This document shows positions 7,963-18,104 of a stretch of DNA of 64,000 nucleotides, in pieces; positions within the stretch are counted from its first letter, which is position 1, and every line of letters begins with the position of its first letter. Made by a program: the position numbers and the translations under genes. The notes under the pieces are model-generated. The model saw nothing but the letters and a program-made list of their open reading frames with translations, searched no databases and had not been told where the DNA came from. The DNA comes from Bacteroidales bacterium (GTDB taxonomy: Bacteria; Bacteroidota; Bacteroidia; Bacteroidales; VadinHA17), in the NCBI GenBank assembly GCA_007132995.1, contig SLNP01000023.1, forward strand, positions 618 through 64,617, written 5' to 3'.

Positions 7963-9039
7963 ATGAAACGACTGTACAGAAAAGCAAAAAGGGCACTGCT
8001 CGTAGCGGTTGCTGTGATATCTCTATTGCCACAGGGCCTTAACGGGCAGATAGATGGCGAATTTTTCAGGGGTGGTATCAATGATGGAGTAAAAATAATA
8101 GAGGCATACATGGCGCCGTGGGCCAGGGCGTTTGGAGCCGGCCTTAATTCCGGCTGGTACAATACCGCCAAGCCTCACAGTTTTGGCGGATTTGATATTA
8201 CTCTTACCGTTAGTGCAGGTCTGGTTCCTGAGAGTCACCAGAGCTATGATCTTGCAGAGCTGGATTTTCAAAACATCTCGCTGGAGAATCCGATGGCGCC
8301 TACCATTGCCCCGACTATCTCCGGATCGACCAATATGGGGCCCGCTATGGAGAGTATCGATCCGAATAGTGGTTTACAGCTTGCAAATTTTTATGCCCCT
8401 GCCGGCACAGGATTAAATTTTGTTCCGGTTCCCATGATCCAGGGTGGGTTGGGGCTTCCGCTTGGAACTGAGATAAAGGGAAGGTTTATACCCAAAATAG
8501 CGATGGATGATAGCTATATATCGATGTGGGGTTTTGGTCTTAAGCATAGCATTGCACAGTATATACCGGGATATGAGTTTCTTCCCTATGACATCTCCCT
8601 GTTTGGTGCATACTCCAAAATAGAGGGCAAGGTCCCTTTCGACGCCAAACCAGGGTCGTATGATAACTACACTGTCTACACAGCCGACAGTTTTAGCGAT
8701 CAGCACATGCTGGGGGTAATAGACGGCTGGAATGCCAGCGTAATTGGTTCACTTAACCTGCCGGTGGTGACACTGTACGGTGCTCTTGGTTATGCCGGAA
8801 GCAGTACGGTTCTTGACATTGTCGGTAACATCCCTATTCCTTCGGTATCGGGGTCGACTGTGGTCTATGTAGATGATGAAGTAGTTACAGATATCGATAA
8901 GGTGGAGATTCAGGATTTCTCGGGTCTGCGAGCCAATGTGGGAGTTAGGCTCAAGTTTGCAATATTCACCATCCATGCAGACTATACACGCTCGCAATAC
9001 AATGTTATTTCAGGAGGCTTTGGTATCAGCTTCAGGTAG
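7963..9039 (+). CDS. Putative outer-membrane beta-barrel protein (DUF6588-like)
   Basis: Signal peptide, GLNSGWYNTAKPH motif, beta-strand-rich C-terminus ending GISFR. Confidence 0.65.
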   Translation: MKRLYRKAKRALLVAVAVISLLPQGLNGQIDGEFFRGGINDGVKIIEAYMAPWARAFGAGLNSGWYNTAKPHSFGGFDITLTVSAGLVPESHQSYDLAELDFQNISLENPMAPTIAPTISGSTNMGPAMESIDPNSGLQLANFYAPAGTGLNFVPVPMIQGGLGLPLGTEIKGRFIPKIAMDDSYISMWGFGLKHSIAQYIPGYEFLPYDISLFGAYSKIEGKVPFDAKPGSYDNYTVYTADSFSDQHMLGVIDGWNASVIGSLNLPVVTLYGALGYAGSSTVLDIVGNIPIPSVSGSTVVYVDDEVVTDIDKVEIQDFSGLRANVGVRLKFAIFTIHADYTRSQYNVISGGFGISFR

Positions 9040-9071
9040 CCGGAGTGTAGTCTGGCCGTTGCAGTTATGGG

Positions 9072-10712
9072 TCAGAAGCCACTAAGCTCCATGGTAACAG
9101 TTGGTATAAGAAGTAGTGCCCCCAGCAGGGCCAGCAGAAGAACAAGCGGCCCCACCCACTTAACCCATTTCTGAAATGGAATGCGGGCCACGCCCAAAAC
9201 TCCAATCAATACACCCGATGTAGGTGTTATTATGTTTGTGAATCCATCACCAAACTGAAAAGCCATTACCGTAGCCTGTCGTGAAACTCCGATAAGGTCG
9301 CTGAAGGGTGCCATTATTGGCATTGTCAGAGCAGCCTTGGCCGACCCCGATGGTATAACCACATTTATAGCAGTCTGTATCAGGTACATGATCTGTACAG
9401 ATGCGATATCACCTACATCGCTCATTGCCGAAGAGGCTCCGTGCAGAATGGTTGCGACTATCTGACCATCTTCCAGTATCACTATGATTCCACCTGCCAG
9501 CCCTACAACGAGGGCGGCAGGCAGGATATCTGCCGATCCCTCTATAAAGAGTCTGGTAATTCTGTTTGGCGAGTAGCCCATTGCCAGTCCGGCCATTATA
9601 CCCATGGCAAAGAAGAGGGTTGCAATCTCCATGATATACCATCCGTAACCCATAACACCAATTATCAGAATCACTATTGTGTAGAGAAGTATATTGAGCA
9701 CAAACATCTGGGCAGATCTCTTCATAGAGATTAATCCGGTAACAAGAAAGAGTAGTGAGATGATTGGCAGCATTGGTAGTGTCACTGATGAACCGGAGCC
9801 GGAGACAGGATCTCCAAACTGTAATGTTGAGACAGGATTAAGGATAGAGAAGAGCACCAGCGAGGCAAGTATCAGGGCAAATGCGGTTACCGAACCCTTT
9901 CCTGACAGGCTTGTTACGGAGCTGCCACTATCGGCCGATCGACCCCTCCAGTATTCATCTTCAACATAGACAGGCGAGAGTGAGGGGTTTTTTCTTATTC
10001 TGGATGCATAGCGAAGAATATAGGATATTCCGACAATATTGATAATGATCCAACAGAAGAACCTGTATTCAAGTCCGCTAAAGAGCGGAATTCCGGCAAT
10101 TCCCTGGGCAATTCCGATGGTAAAGGGGTTTAGCATTGCCCCGGCGAAGCCGAGAGCTGCAGCAACAAAGCAGAGCGCCACTCCGGTTATTGAGTCGTAG
10201 CCCATTGAAATGGCCAGGGGTACCAAAATAATAATGAATGCGATTGTCTCCTCGCTCATACCGAATACGGCCCCGAATACACTGAATAGCAGCATAATGA
10301 GTGTGAGAATAATATTCTGTACACCAATAAACCGCATAATCCTTATCTTTTCGAGGGTTCTGGAGAAGCCCAGGAAAGAGAGAATGCCATTATCAATTGC
10401 CTTACTGCTGTTGAGTATCCAGAACGCACCCCCAATCATAAGGATAAATACGATAATACCCGACTGCCTTACGAATCCGTTGAAGATTGCGGAGAATACC
10501 TGCCAGGTCTGCGGATTGCTCTCGGTCCGCCTGTAGACCGGAACAATGCTCTTTTCGACATCCTCCTGTATAACTTCAGTCAAACCCTTATAACTATCTA
10601 TATCTTCGGGCGTTATGTATTCACCTCCTGGAATAAACCATGTCAGTATGGCTGAGATTATAATTATGCCGAAGATAATTACATAGGTGTGGGGAAATCT
10701 CTCTCTTTTCAT
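9072..10712 (-). CDS. YfcC family transporter (ion transporter superfamily)
   Basis: PHTYVII, GMSEETIAF, NPFTIGIAQGIAG, PSGSAKA, FQFGDGFTN; start placed at MKRERFP. Confidence 0.9.
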   Translation of the reverse strand: MKRERFPHTYVIIFGIIIISAILTWFIPGGEYITPEDIDSYKGLTEVIQEDVEKSIVPVYRRTESNPQTWQVFSAIFNGFVRQSGIIVFILMIGGAFWILNSSKAIDNGILSFLGFSRTLEKIRIMRFIGVQNIILTLIMLLFSVFGAVFGMSEETIAFIIILVPLAISMGYDSITGVALCFVAAALGFAGAMLNPFTIGIAQGIAGIPLFSGLEYRFFCWIIINIVGISYILRYASRIRKNPSLSPVYVEDEYWRGRSADSGSSVTSLSGKGSVTAFALILASLVLFSILNPVSTLQFGDPVSGSGSSVTLPMLPIISLLFLVTGLISMKRSAQMFVLNILLYTIVILIIGVMGYGWYIMEIATLFFAMGIMAGLAMGYSPNRITRLFIEGSADILPAALVVGLAGGIIVILEDGQIVATILHGASSAMSDVGDIASVQIMYLIQTAINVVIPSGSAKAALTMPIMAPFSDLIGVSRQATVMAFQFGDGFTNIITPTSGVLIGVLGVARIPFQKWVKWVGPLVLLLALLGALLLIPTVTMELSGF

Positions 10713-10785
10713 ATACCGGCAGGGTTTAAATATCAGTTTATAAAAATAGGAAAAGCGTTTGATAATTATCTCTATTTTTGAGTTG

Positions 10786-12999
10786 ATGAAGAGAGAAGAT
10801 TCTACCGATACCAGAAGTGCCATAAACAGGAGCTACAGATCTCTTCTCCGTGCCTCGGCCCGATTTCTTTCCAGGGGTGACAGCAGGGAGATCAGAAGGG
10901 CATTGAATATGGCTATTGATGCCTGTGCAGGTGGTGTAACAGTTACAGGCACCAACTGCATACTTCATTCGCTCTCTGTGGCCAGGATAGTGGCAGCCGA
11001 CATGGGCCTTGGCAGAACCTCAGTGATATCAGCGATACTGCACTATGGGGTTGAGAACAACCGGATACCCATATCTGCCATAGAGACGGAGTTTGGTCAG
11101 GGTGTTTCAAGAATTCTAAGTGGCTTCAGCAGGGTAAGTGCTGTTGAGACAATAGATTCGGTTAATCAGGCAGCCACTTTCAGGAAACTTATACTATCTC
11201 TTGCAGACGATGTGAGGGTGGTGGTTATCAAGTTGGCAGAGAGGCTTGTATATATGCGGGATCTTGAGGGGGCAGACGAGGAGAACAGGTTGCGTCTTGC
11301 ATCAGAAACCTATTTTGTATACGCCCCCCTTGCCTACAGGCTGGGCTTCTACCTGATGAAGTCAGAGATGGAAGATCTCTCGATGAGGTACCTTGAACCG
11401 GAGCAGTATAGCTATATTGTTGAGAAGCTGAGACAGACAACCTCATCCAGAAATCGGCTTATAAGAGAGTTTATAGCCCCTCTGCGCGAGAAACTGGATG
11501 CAGCAGGGTTGAGCTACTCGGTAAAGGGCAGAACGAAGTCCGTGCACTCCATATGGCAGAAAATGAAGAAACAGGGGGTGGAATTTGAAGAGGTTTATGA
11601 TCTCTTTGCCATTCGTATTATAGTTGATACCCTTCCGGAGAGGGAGAAGTATGACTGCTGGCAGGTCTACTCTCTGGTTACCGATCTGTATCAGCCCAAT
11701 CCAAGCCGTCTTCGTGACTGGATATCTGTTCCGAAATCTAATGGATATGAGTCGCTTCATACTACAGTGGTTGGTCCCCGGGGAAAATGGGTCGAGGTTC
11801 AGATAAGGACTGAGAGAATGGATGAACTTGCAGAGAGGGGGGTTGCAGCCCATTTCCGTTATAAAGGACTTAAGGGAGAAAAGAGGGGGCTTGAGGTGTG
11901 GCTTTCCCGCATGAGGGAGCTGCTGGAAAAGCCGGACAGGGAGGAGGAGGCGTTTGTAGATCAGGTTAAGTCAGGGCTCTATTCGGACGAGGTGTTTGTT
12001 TTTACCCCCAGGGGTGATATCAAGCAGCTTCCTGCCGGCTCTACGGTTCTCGACTTTGCATATGAGATTCATACAGAGGTGGGTAGTGGCTGTGTGGGCG
12101 CCAGGGTGAATGGCAAGAATGTTACCATAAAGCAGATACTGAAAAACGGAGACCATGTCTCTGTTATAAGATCAAAAAACCAGAAACCCAAAAGTGACTG
12201 GCTCTCTTTTGTGAAGACCGGTAAGGCCCGGGCTGCTATCAAGAGTGCACTTAACGAAGCGAAGATGGCTGAGGCTGTTGAAGGCAAGGAGATGCTTATG
12301 AGACGGCTGAAAAACTGGAAAATAGGCTACTCTGACAAGGTTGTAATGCGCCTGCTTGGGCACTATGGGTTAAAAAAGGCACAGGATCTATACTGTAAGA
12401 TAGCCTCTTCAGACATAGAGATGCTCGATATAAAGGAGTTCTTAAAAACTGAGCCATCTCATGATGCATCTGTGGCAGGAGAGGAGACGGCAGAGATACA
12501 GATTCAGGAGACAGAGAGCGGGAAGAGGGCCACTCAGGGTGATTACCTTGTGATAGAGAATAAGATAGAGGGGGTCGATTACAGACTGTCCGGTTGCTGC
12601 AACCCGGTTTACGGTGACAAGGTATTTGGGTTTGTAACCATATCAGAAGGTATCAAGATACACAGAACAGTCTGTCCCAATGCAGAAAATATGATTACAA
12701 GGTATCCTTACAGGGTTGTGCCTGCCCGGTGGACACAGTCCGGCAGCGCACCTTCATTCAGCGCCACACTTAAGTTTACATCTGTTGAGGATATGGCTGT
12801 TATTTCGAAAATATCCTCGGTTCTTGCCGATACTTTAGTTAATGTAAGGGGTATAAGCCATAGTGCCGGTGACGGACTCTATGAGGGGACTATATATTTT
12901 ACCGTACCCAATGTTGATATACTGCAGGAGTTGATACGCAAGATATCTGCTGTCAGGGGGGTTTTAAGGGTTGTAAGGGCAGGGGACAGTAGTGGCTAG
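10786..12999 (+). CDS. Long RelA/SpoT homologue (HD-SYNTH-TGS-ZFD-ACT)
   Basis: GRTKSVHSI, YDLFAIR, KSNGYESLHTT, EVQIRT, VFVFTPRG, CCNP; HD motif degenerate. Confidence 0.95.
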   Translation: MKREDSTDTRSAINRSYRSLLRASARFLSRGDSREIRRALNMAIDACAGGVTVTGTNCILHSLSVARIVAADMGLGRTSVISAILHYGVENNRIPISAIETEFGQGVSRILSGFSRVSAVETIDSVNQAATFRKLILSLADDVRVVVIKLAERLVYMRDLEGADEENRLRLASETYFVYAPLAYRLGFYLMKSEMEDLSMRYLEPEQYSYIVEKLRQTTSSRNRLIREFIAPLREKLDAAGLSYSVKGRTKSVHSIWQKMKKQGVEFEEVYDLFAIRIIVDTLPEREKYDCWQVYSLVTDLYQPNPSRLRDWISVPKSNGYESLHTTVVGPRGKWVEVQIRTERMDELAERGVAAHFRYKGLKGEKRGLEVWLSRMRELLEKPDREEEAFVDQVKSGLYSDEVFVFTPRGDIKQLPAGSTVLDFAYEIHTEVGSGCVGARVNGKNVTIKQILKNGDHVSVIRSKNQKPKSDWLSFVKTGKARAAIKSALNEAKMAEAVEGKEMLMRRLKNWKIGYSDKVVMRLLGHYGLKKAQDLYCKIASSDIEMLDIKEFLKTEPSHDASVAGEETAEIQIQETESGKRATQGDYLVIENKIEGVDYRLSGCCNPVYGDKVFGFVTISEGIKIHRTVCPNAENMITRYPYRVVPARWTQSGSAPSFSATLKFTSVEDMAVISKISSVLADTLVNVRGISHSAGDGLYEGTIYFTVPNVDILQELIRKISAVRGVLRVVRAGDSSG

Positions 13000-15944
13000 C
13001 TAACTGCAGGTCGCTTTTTGAGAGGCAGCCTTACAGCTTTTTCCACTACCATTGAAAGGTGCCCGAACTCTCTTCTTGTTGTGCCGGATAGGCTATATAC
13101 ACCTCCGGCACCGACAGGATATTTTTTTAGTGAGGAAGAGAAATGGAGGGTGTCGAAATAGCCTCCGCTGCTATTTATAAAACACCCGAAGCAGAGCGGC
13201 TCTCCCCGTACATTTCTTATCCTTTTCACTGATATCAGAAGGCCTGTTGCGGTTACCCTGTTGTTGTTATGCCCTGCCGGTACGGTGCCATACCAATCTT
13301 CGTGGTCAGTACGCTCAGTAAGGTCAAACCAGCTGGCCGACACAGGAAACCCCAGTAGCTCTATCTCATCATAGGCATCTTCAATTCTGCTTCCCCTGAG
13401 CGTAGGGATAGCATCGTGCACACCTGCATCTTCCCTGAATAGCATGGGTGAGAGGCCTCCGGTCCGCCTCCCTTTTTTTATGACTCTTGCCGCTATATGA
13501 GCCTCCCACAGCAGATTTGCCTTGCTCTTACCCGTGAAGCGGAATGCTCCCGATCGTATAAGGATTATAGCCTGATCAAGCCCGGCGTCGCATCTCTCCA
13601 TAAAATCTGTAAGATTGCCGAACCAGCCACCTCTCTCTCTCTCTCTCTCTATTTCAGAGACCATTTTTTTCTCTATGCCTGATATATGAATAAACCCAAT
13701 GTATATATCGCTCTTGTTCAGGAGCACTGTATTGAGACAACTTTTGTTTATGCATGGCAGATGGATAGTGCCCCCCTGGCGCCTGGCTTCGTGGAAGTAG
13801 ACCCACGCAGGGTAGAAACCTCCGGAGTTGTTTATAACAGCAACCATGAACTCAAGGGGGTAGTGCGATTTGAGGTAAAGCCCCTGAAGGCTTTCTACTG
13901 CATATGATGCCGAATGCGCTTTTGAGAACGAGTATCCCGCAAACGACTCTATCTGTCTCCACACCTCTTTTGCAAGGCGGTTACTGTATCCTCTCTCCCT
14001 GCAGCCGGAGAAGAATCTCTCTGATATTCCTGCTATCTCCTCTTTAGAGTGTTTTTTACCGCTCATAGCCCTTCTGAGAGTGTCTCCGTCTGCCATGCCG
14101 AGTCCTGCAAAATAGTGACATACCCTTAACACATCTTCCTGGTAAACCATTATACCGAAGGTGTCTTTAAGCTGCTCTTTTATTACCGGATGTGGATATG
14201 AGACCTTGTCAGGGTTGTTGTGTCGTCTTATATATTCACGCATCATACCGGACCGCGAAACACCGGGACGGATTATTGAGCTTGCCGCTACAAGGGTGTG
14301 GTAGTCTGAGCATTTCAGTTTTGAGAGCAGTGACCTCATGGCGGGACTCTCAATGTAGAAGCAGCCTATTGTCTCTCCTCTGCTTAGCCGCTCCATCACC
14401 AGGCTGTTTTCCCTTATCATGGTGTCACTCTCTATGGCGGGTCTCACTCCATATCTTTCCCCAATAGATGACAGGGCGTCATTTATGTCTGCTATACCCC
14501 TCTGGCTTAATACATCAAGCTTATCGTAACCAAGCTTTTCAGCGGTATACATATCCCATTGTGTAACTCCAAATCCACCGGATGAGACATCCAGGGCCGT
14601 GTAGTATGTAAGCGGCCTTTCAGAGATAACTACTCCCCCGGCATGAATGCTTCTTATGTTTGGGAAAGCATCTATTTTCGAGCTTGCCAGTAGTATTTCA
14701 CGGGTTATGCTGCATGGAGATTCCGACTCACGGGCAAGAGCTGTCACCTCCTGCCCGGGAAGCCCGTGTGTCCTGCTCAACTCCCTTATTGCAGAGCCGG
14801 CTCTAAACCGGTTTATGGTGCCAAGAAGGGCGGTTTTATCATCACCATATTTGCTGAACAGATATTTTATGACCTCCTCTCTATCTCTCCACGAGTAATC
14901 GATGTCAAAGTCAGGAGGCGAACTTCTGGAGGGGTTGATAAATCTTTCGAAGTAAAGGTTGAGGTTTATAGGGTCAACATTAGTGATTCCCAGACAGTAG
15001 GCAACTATGGAGTTTGCGCCGCTACCCCTTCCGACATGGTGGAACCCTTTCGAAGTGGAGAATCTTATCATATCCCATGTTATCAGGAAGTATGATGAGA
15101 ATCCCAGCTTGTCTATTATTTGAAGCTCTGACCTTACCCTTGAAGCGGCCCTTTCGTCTTTTCCGTAGCGATGTAAAAGTCCTTCCCATGCCAGCTTCTC
15201 CAGAAGTAGCCTGTCTTCGTATTTTCCACCTGAGTAGCTCTCCCTGTTTTTGGGTTTACCGGCTTCAAGGTCTGCAGTGCAGTCGTCAATCAGACGCCGT
15301 GTGTTATCTGCTATTTCAGGGAAGTCTGAAAAGCGTCTGGCCAGCTCTCTCTCTGGTATAAAGATATGACTCTTTCCGGCACATGACTCGATGGAAATCC
15401 TGTCGGACAGGCAGTTGTTGTCTATTGCCCTCAGTTGTTTATGAACAGGAAGATCGTTTGGTTCTGCCAGGGTTACGGTATGTAATATTACCATTCGTCT
15501 GTAAATATTGTCTGACTTAAGGCGGTGTATCTTCCATGTTTCATGGCAGCTTACCCCTATGAACTCATTGTCAAAAAGTCTCCGTTCCGGTATGCGGTCC
15601 ATGCGATATATGATGTAGCATTCTGAAAGAGGGGGGGCAGGGAAGGGGAGTGGAACATTTCCCCTGTTGTGTCTGGTAAGCAGTTCGTTTAACTCCCTGA
15701 AACCCTCACTGTTTCGTGCTATTCCAATATAGAGGGGCGCGTTGTTGTTGCGAAAATCTACTCCGGCAACCGGCCTGATGCCCGCTCTTCTGCATTCAGA
15801 AATAAAATCGGCTGTCGCTGTCGTGTTGTTTATATCTGTAAGAGCCAACGATGCGGCTCCGGACTCTCTGGCCATGGCAACAAGTCTCTCTACGGATATT
15901 GTTCCGTATCGCAGGCTGTAGTATGAGTGACAGTTAAGGAACAT
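12996..15944 (-). CDS. dnaE2: Error-prone DNA polymerase III alpha paralogue (DnaE2-type)
   Basis: PHP domain (CHSYYSL, TDIN), GRGSGANS, PPDFDID, YSFSKAHS; short C-terminus; directly downstream of dinB. Confidence 0.88.
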   Translation of the reverse strand: MFLNCHSYYSLRYGTISVERLVAMARESGAASLALTDINNTTATADFISECRRAGIRPVAGVDFRNNNAPLYIGIARNSEGFRELNELLTRHNRGNVPLPFPAPPLSECYIIYRMDRIPERRLFDNEFIGVSCHETWKIHRLKSDNIYRRMVILHTVTLAEPNDLPVHKQLRAIDNNCLSDRISIESCAGKSHIFIPERELARRFSDFPEIADNTRRLIDDCTADLEAGKPKNRESYSGGKYEDRLLLEKLAWEGLLHRYGKDERAASRVRSELQIIDKLGFSSYFLITWDMIRFSTSKGFHHVGRGSGANSIVAYCLGITNVDPINLNLYFERFINPSRSSPPDFDIDYSWRDREEVIKYLFSKYGDDKTALLGTINRFRAGSAIRELSRTHGLPGQEVTALARESESPCSITREILLASSKIDAFPNIRSIHAGGVVISERPLTYYTALDVSSGGFGVTQWDMYTAEKLGYDKLDVLSQRGIADINDALSSIGERYGVRPAIESDTMIRENSLVMERLSRGETIGCFYIESPAMRSLLSKLKCSDYHTLVAASSIIRPGVSRSGMMREYIRRHNNPDKVSYPHPVIKEQLKDTFGIMVYQEDVLRVCHYFAGLGMADGDTLRRAMSGKKHSKEEIAGISERFFSGCRERGYSNRLAKEVWRQIESFAGYSFSKAHSASYAVESLQGLYLKSHYPLEFMVAVINNSGGFYPAWVYFHEARRQGGTIHLPCINKSCLNTVLLNKSDIYIGFIHISGIEKKMVSEIERERERGGWFGNLTDFMERCDAGLDQAIILIRSGAFRFTGKSKANLLWEAHIAARVIKKGRRTGGLSPMLFREDAGVHDAIPTLRGSRIEDAYDEIELLGFPVSASWFDLTERTDHEDWYGTVPAGHNNNRVTATGLLISVKRIRNVRGEPLCFGCFINSSGGYFDTLHFSSSLKKYPVGAGGVYSLSGTTRREFGHLSMVVEKAVRLPLKKRPAVS
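13631..13650. repeat. (CT)10 / (AG)10 dinucleotide tract inside dnaE2
   Basis: ctctctctctctctctctct; encodes part of IERERERG. Confidence 0.95.
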
Positions 15945-15949
15945 CTCTC

Positions 15950-17182
15950 TTATCTGGACGCAGGGTGCTCTCCTTTTCTACAGCTTAATGTATCTGCCCT
16001 GCCGATTATCTCTTCCCCGAATCGTTTTTTGATATTGTCGATAGAGAGGTAGAGCCTCTCCATTCCGGTCTCGTTGTTGAAAAGATCGGGTTGCAACGGT
16101 TCCCGGCTTAGACCGCTGAGTTTTACACCGGCAAGCCGTATCAGCACCCTTCGCTTGTATAGCTTGTTAAAGAGCTCTTTTACAACTGTTAGTATCTTGT
16201 GATCTAAAGCAGTAGGTTTGATTTTCTTCTGTATGGTGTGGGTCTCGTAGTCTGAATACCTTATCTTTACTGTTATACAGGATGTATTTCTGCCCTCTGC
16301 TCTTAGCTGATGGGATAGTCTCTCTGTCATATCTGACAGAAGGGCGGTAATTGCGGTAATGTCAGAGCTGTCTCTCTGCAGGGTCCTTTCGCTGCTGACA
16401 GATTTTTTCGATGAGCAGCCGGTAACGGGAGAGTCATCAATCCCGTTTGCCCTTCTCCATATCTCTATGCCGTTTTTGCCAATAAGTCCTGTCAGAACCG
16501 AAGGCGGAATCTGCCTAAGGGTTGCTATTATTGAGACCCCCATCGATGAGAGGATTCTGCCGGTCTTGCTGCCTACCATCGGTATTCTGGTAACCGCAAG
16601 CGGATCGAGGAAGGGTGTTACCATCTTATTGTCGATACTTCTTATACCGTCCGGCTTTGCCTCTCCTGCTGCGATTTTTGAGACAGTTTTGTTTATTGAA
16701 AGCCCTGCAGAGAGGGGTAGCCCCGTTTCAGATGATATATAACGCCTCAGCTCTTCAGACCATTTTCTGCAGCCATAGAACCTCTCCATGCCGGTCAGGT
16801 CTATATAGTACTCATCTATCGATCTCTTTTCATATACCGGTGCTCTTTCAGCAATAATATCGGTAACAACAGATGAGTACCTGTTATACAGGTCTATATC
16901 ACCTCTTATTAATGTGGCCTCGGGGCATAGCCGGAGAGCCATTTTAACAGGCATTGCCGAGTGAACTCCGTACATCCTGGCCTCATAGCTGCAGCTGGAT
17001 ACCACCCCCCGGTCAGATGTACCGCCTATTATTACCGGCTTGCCCTTAAGGCGGCTGTCAGCAACTCTTTCGACAGAGACAAAAAAGGTGTCCATATCAA
17101 GGTGTAGCACGGCCCTTTTATCACCCTTGTGCGGCAGCGGATAATATTTGTTGTAGCTGTTTTTGAGTTCAGAGTTTGACAT
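15950..17182 (-). CDS. dinB: DNA polymerase IV (Y family)
   Basis: HLDMDTFFVSVE, SYEAR, SIDE catalytic motifs; QPDLF clamp-binding motif. Confidence 0.95.
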   Translation of the reverse strand: MSNSELKNSYNKYYPLPHKGDKRAVLHLDMDTFFVSVERVADSRLKGKPVIIGGTSDRGVVSSCSYEARMYGVHSAMPVKMALRLCPEATLIRGDIDLYNRYSSVVTDIIAERAPVYEKRSIDEYYIDLTGMERFYGCRKWSEELRRYISSETGLPLSAGLSINKTVSKIAAGEAKPDGIRSIDNKMVTPFLDPLAVTRIPMVGSKTGRILSSMGVSIIATLRQIPPSVLTGLIGKNGIEIWRRANGIDDSPVTGCSSKKSVSSERTLQRDSSDITAITALLSDMTERLSHQLRAEGRNTSCITVKIRYSDYETHTIQKKIKPTALDHKILTVVKELFNKLYKRRVLIRLAGVKLSGLSREPLQPDLFNNETGMERLYLSIDNIKKRFGEEIIGRADTLSCRKGEHPASR

Positions 17183-17202
17183 ATACTCTTTTAATACTAT
17201 CT

Positions 17203-17221
17203 TTGACTAGAAATTAATCAA
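17203..17221. promoter_or_regulatory. Candidate operator TTGACTA-N5-TAATCAA overlapping a TAnnTTTG -7 box
   Basis: Inverted repeat with 6 of 7 bp matched in the 69-bp dinB/repressor gap; TATCTTTG at 17198-17205. Confidence 0.6.
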
Positions 17222-17251
17222 TCTTGCGACAGCAATATAATCAAAAACGAG

Positions 17252-18079
17252 ATGTATCTTTCATGTAACATTAAATTTTTACGAAAGCGAAGGGGGCGTA
17301 CACAGGATGATGTGGCAGTGGCTCTGAAGCTCAAGAGGTCAACCCTGAGCGGCTATGAGAATGGTATAGCCGAGCCTTCTCTGGAGACGCTGATAGCTCT
17401 CTCATCCTATTTCACCGTATCTGTCGATACCTTGTTGAGGGTCGATATGGCAACACTCTCTGAGAGCCAGTTGGGAGAGATTGAGAGGGGATATGATGCC
17501 TATGTAAGGGGAGGCAAACTCAGGGTTCTTGCCACTACTGTAAACAGCGATAACAATGAGAATATTGAGCTGGTTCCGGAGGCCGCAAAAGCCGGATATT
17601 CAACCGGATACGCAGATCCTGAGTTTATCGCAGCGCTTCCCGTATTCCGCCTTCCGTTCCTGTCCGATAACAGGAAGTATCGTACCTTTCAGCTAAAGGG
17701 TGACTCTATGCTGCCAATACCCGATGGTGCATGGGTTACCGGTGAGTTTCTTCAGGACTGGAACCATATAGTTGACGGAAGGGCATACATAATATTTACA
17801 CTCAATGAAGGTATTGTGTTTAAGATGGCAGAGAACAGAATAGCCTCTGACGGCAAGCTTATTCTCTACTCTCTGAACCCTGTATATGAGCCCTATGAGG
17901 TCCATGTATCTGAAATTAAAGAGGTTTGGCAGTTCGTAAACTATATAAGCTCTGAACTGCCCGACCCGGTTGTTCCGGAGAGGCATATATATAGTACAGT
18001 TGCCGGACTAAAGCGTGATATTCAGCGTATAAAAAGAAGATTGGGGGCCGATATAGAAGATATATCTCCCGAGAGGTAG
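17252..18079 (+). CDS. XRE-HTH plus S24 peptidase repressor (Bacteroidetes LexA-like)
   Basis: N-terminal XRE HTH; AKAG Ala-Gly cleavage site; GDSM catalytic Ser; IVFK catalytic Lys. Confidence 0.9.
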   Translation: MYLSCNIKFLRKRRGRTQDDVAVALKLKRSTLSGYENGIAEPSLETLIALSSYFTVSVDTLLRVDMATLSESQLGEIERGYDAYVRGGKLRVLATTVNSDNNENIELVPEAAKAGYSTGYADPEFIAALPVFRLPFLSDNRKYRTFQLKGDSMLPIPDGAWVTGEFLQDWNHIVDGRAYIIFTLNEGIVFKMAENRIASDGKLILYSLNPVYEPYEVHVSEIKEVWQFVNYISSELPDPVVPERHIYSTVAGLKRDIQRIKRRLGADIEDISPER

Positions 18080-18104
18080 GGTAGGGGCGGAATAGGATAT
18101 TTCA

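Noticed and set aside
17252..18079. Prophage CI repressor
   Set aside because: No phage genes nearby; the dinB-dnaE2 context fits an SOS regulator
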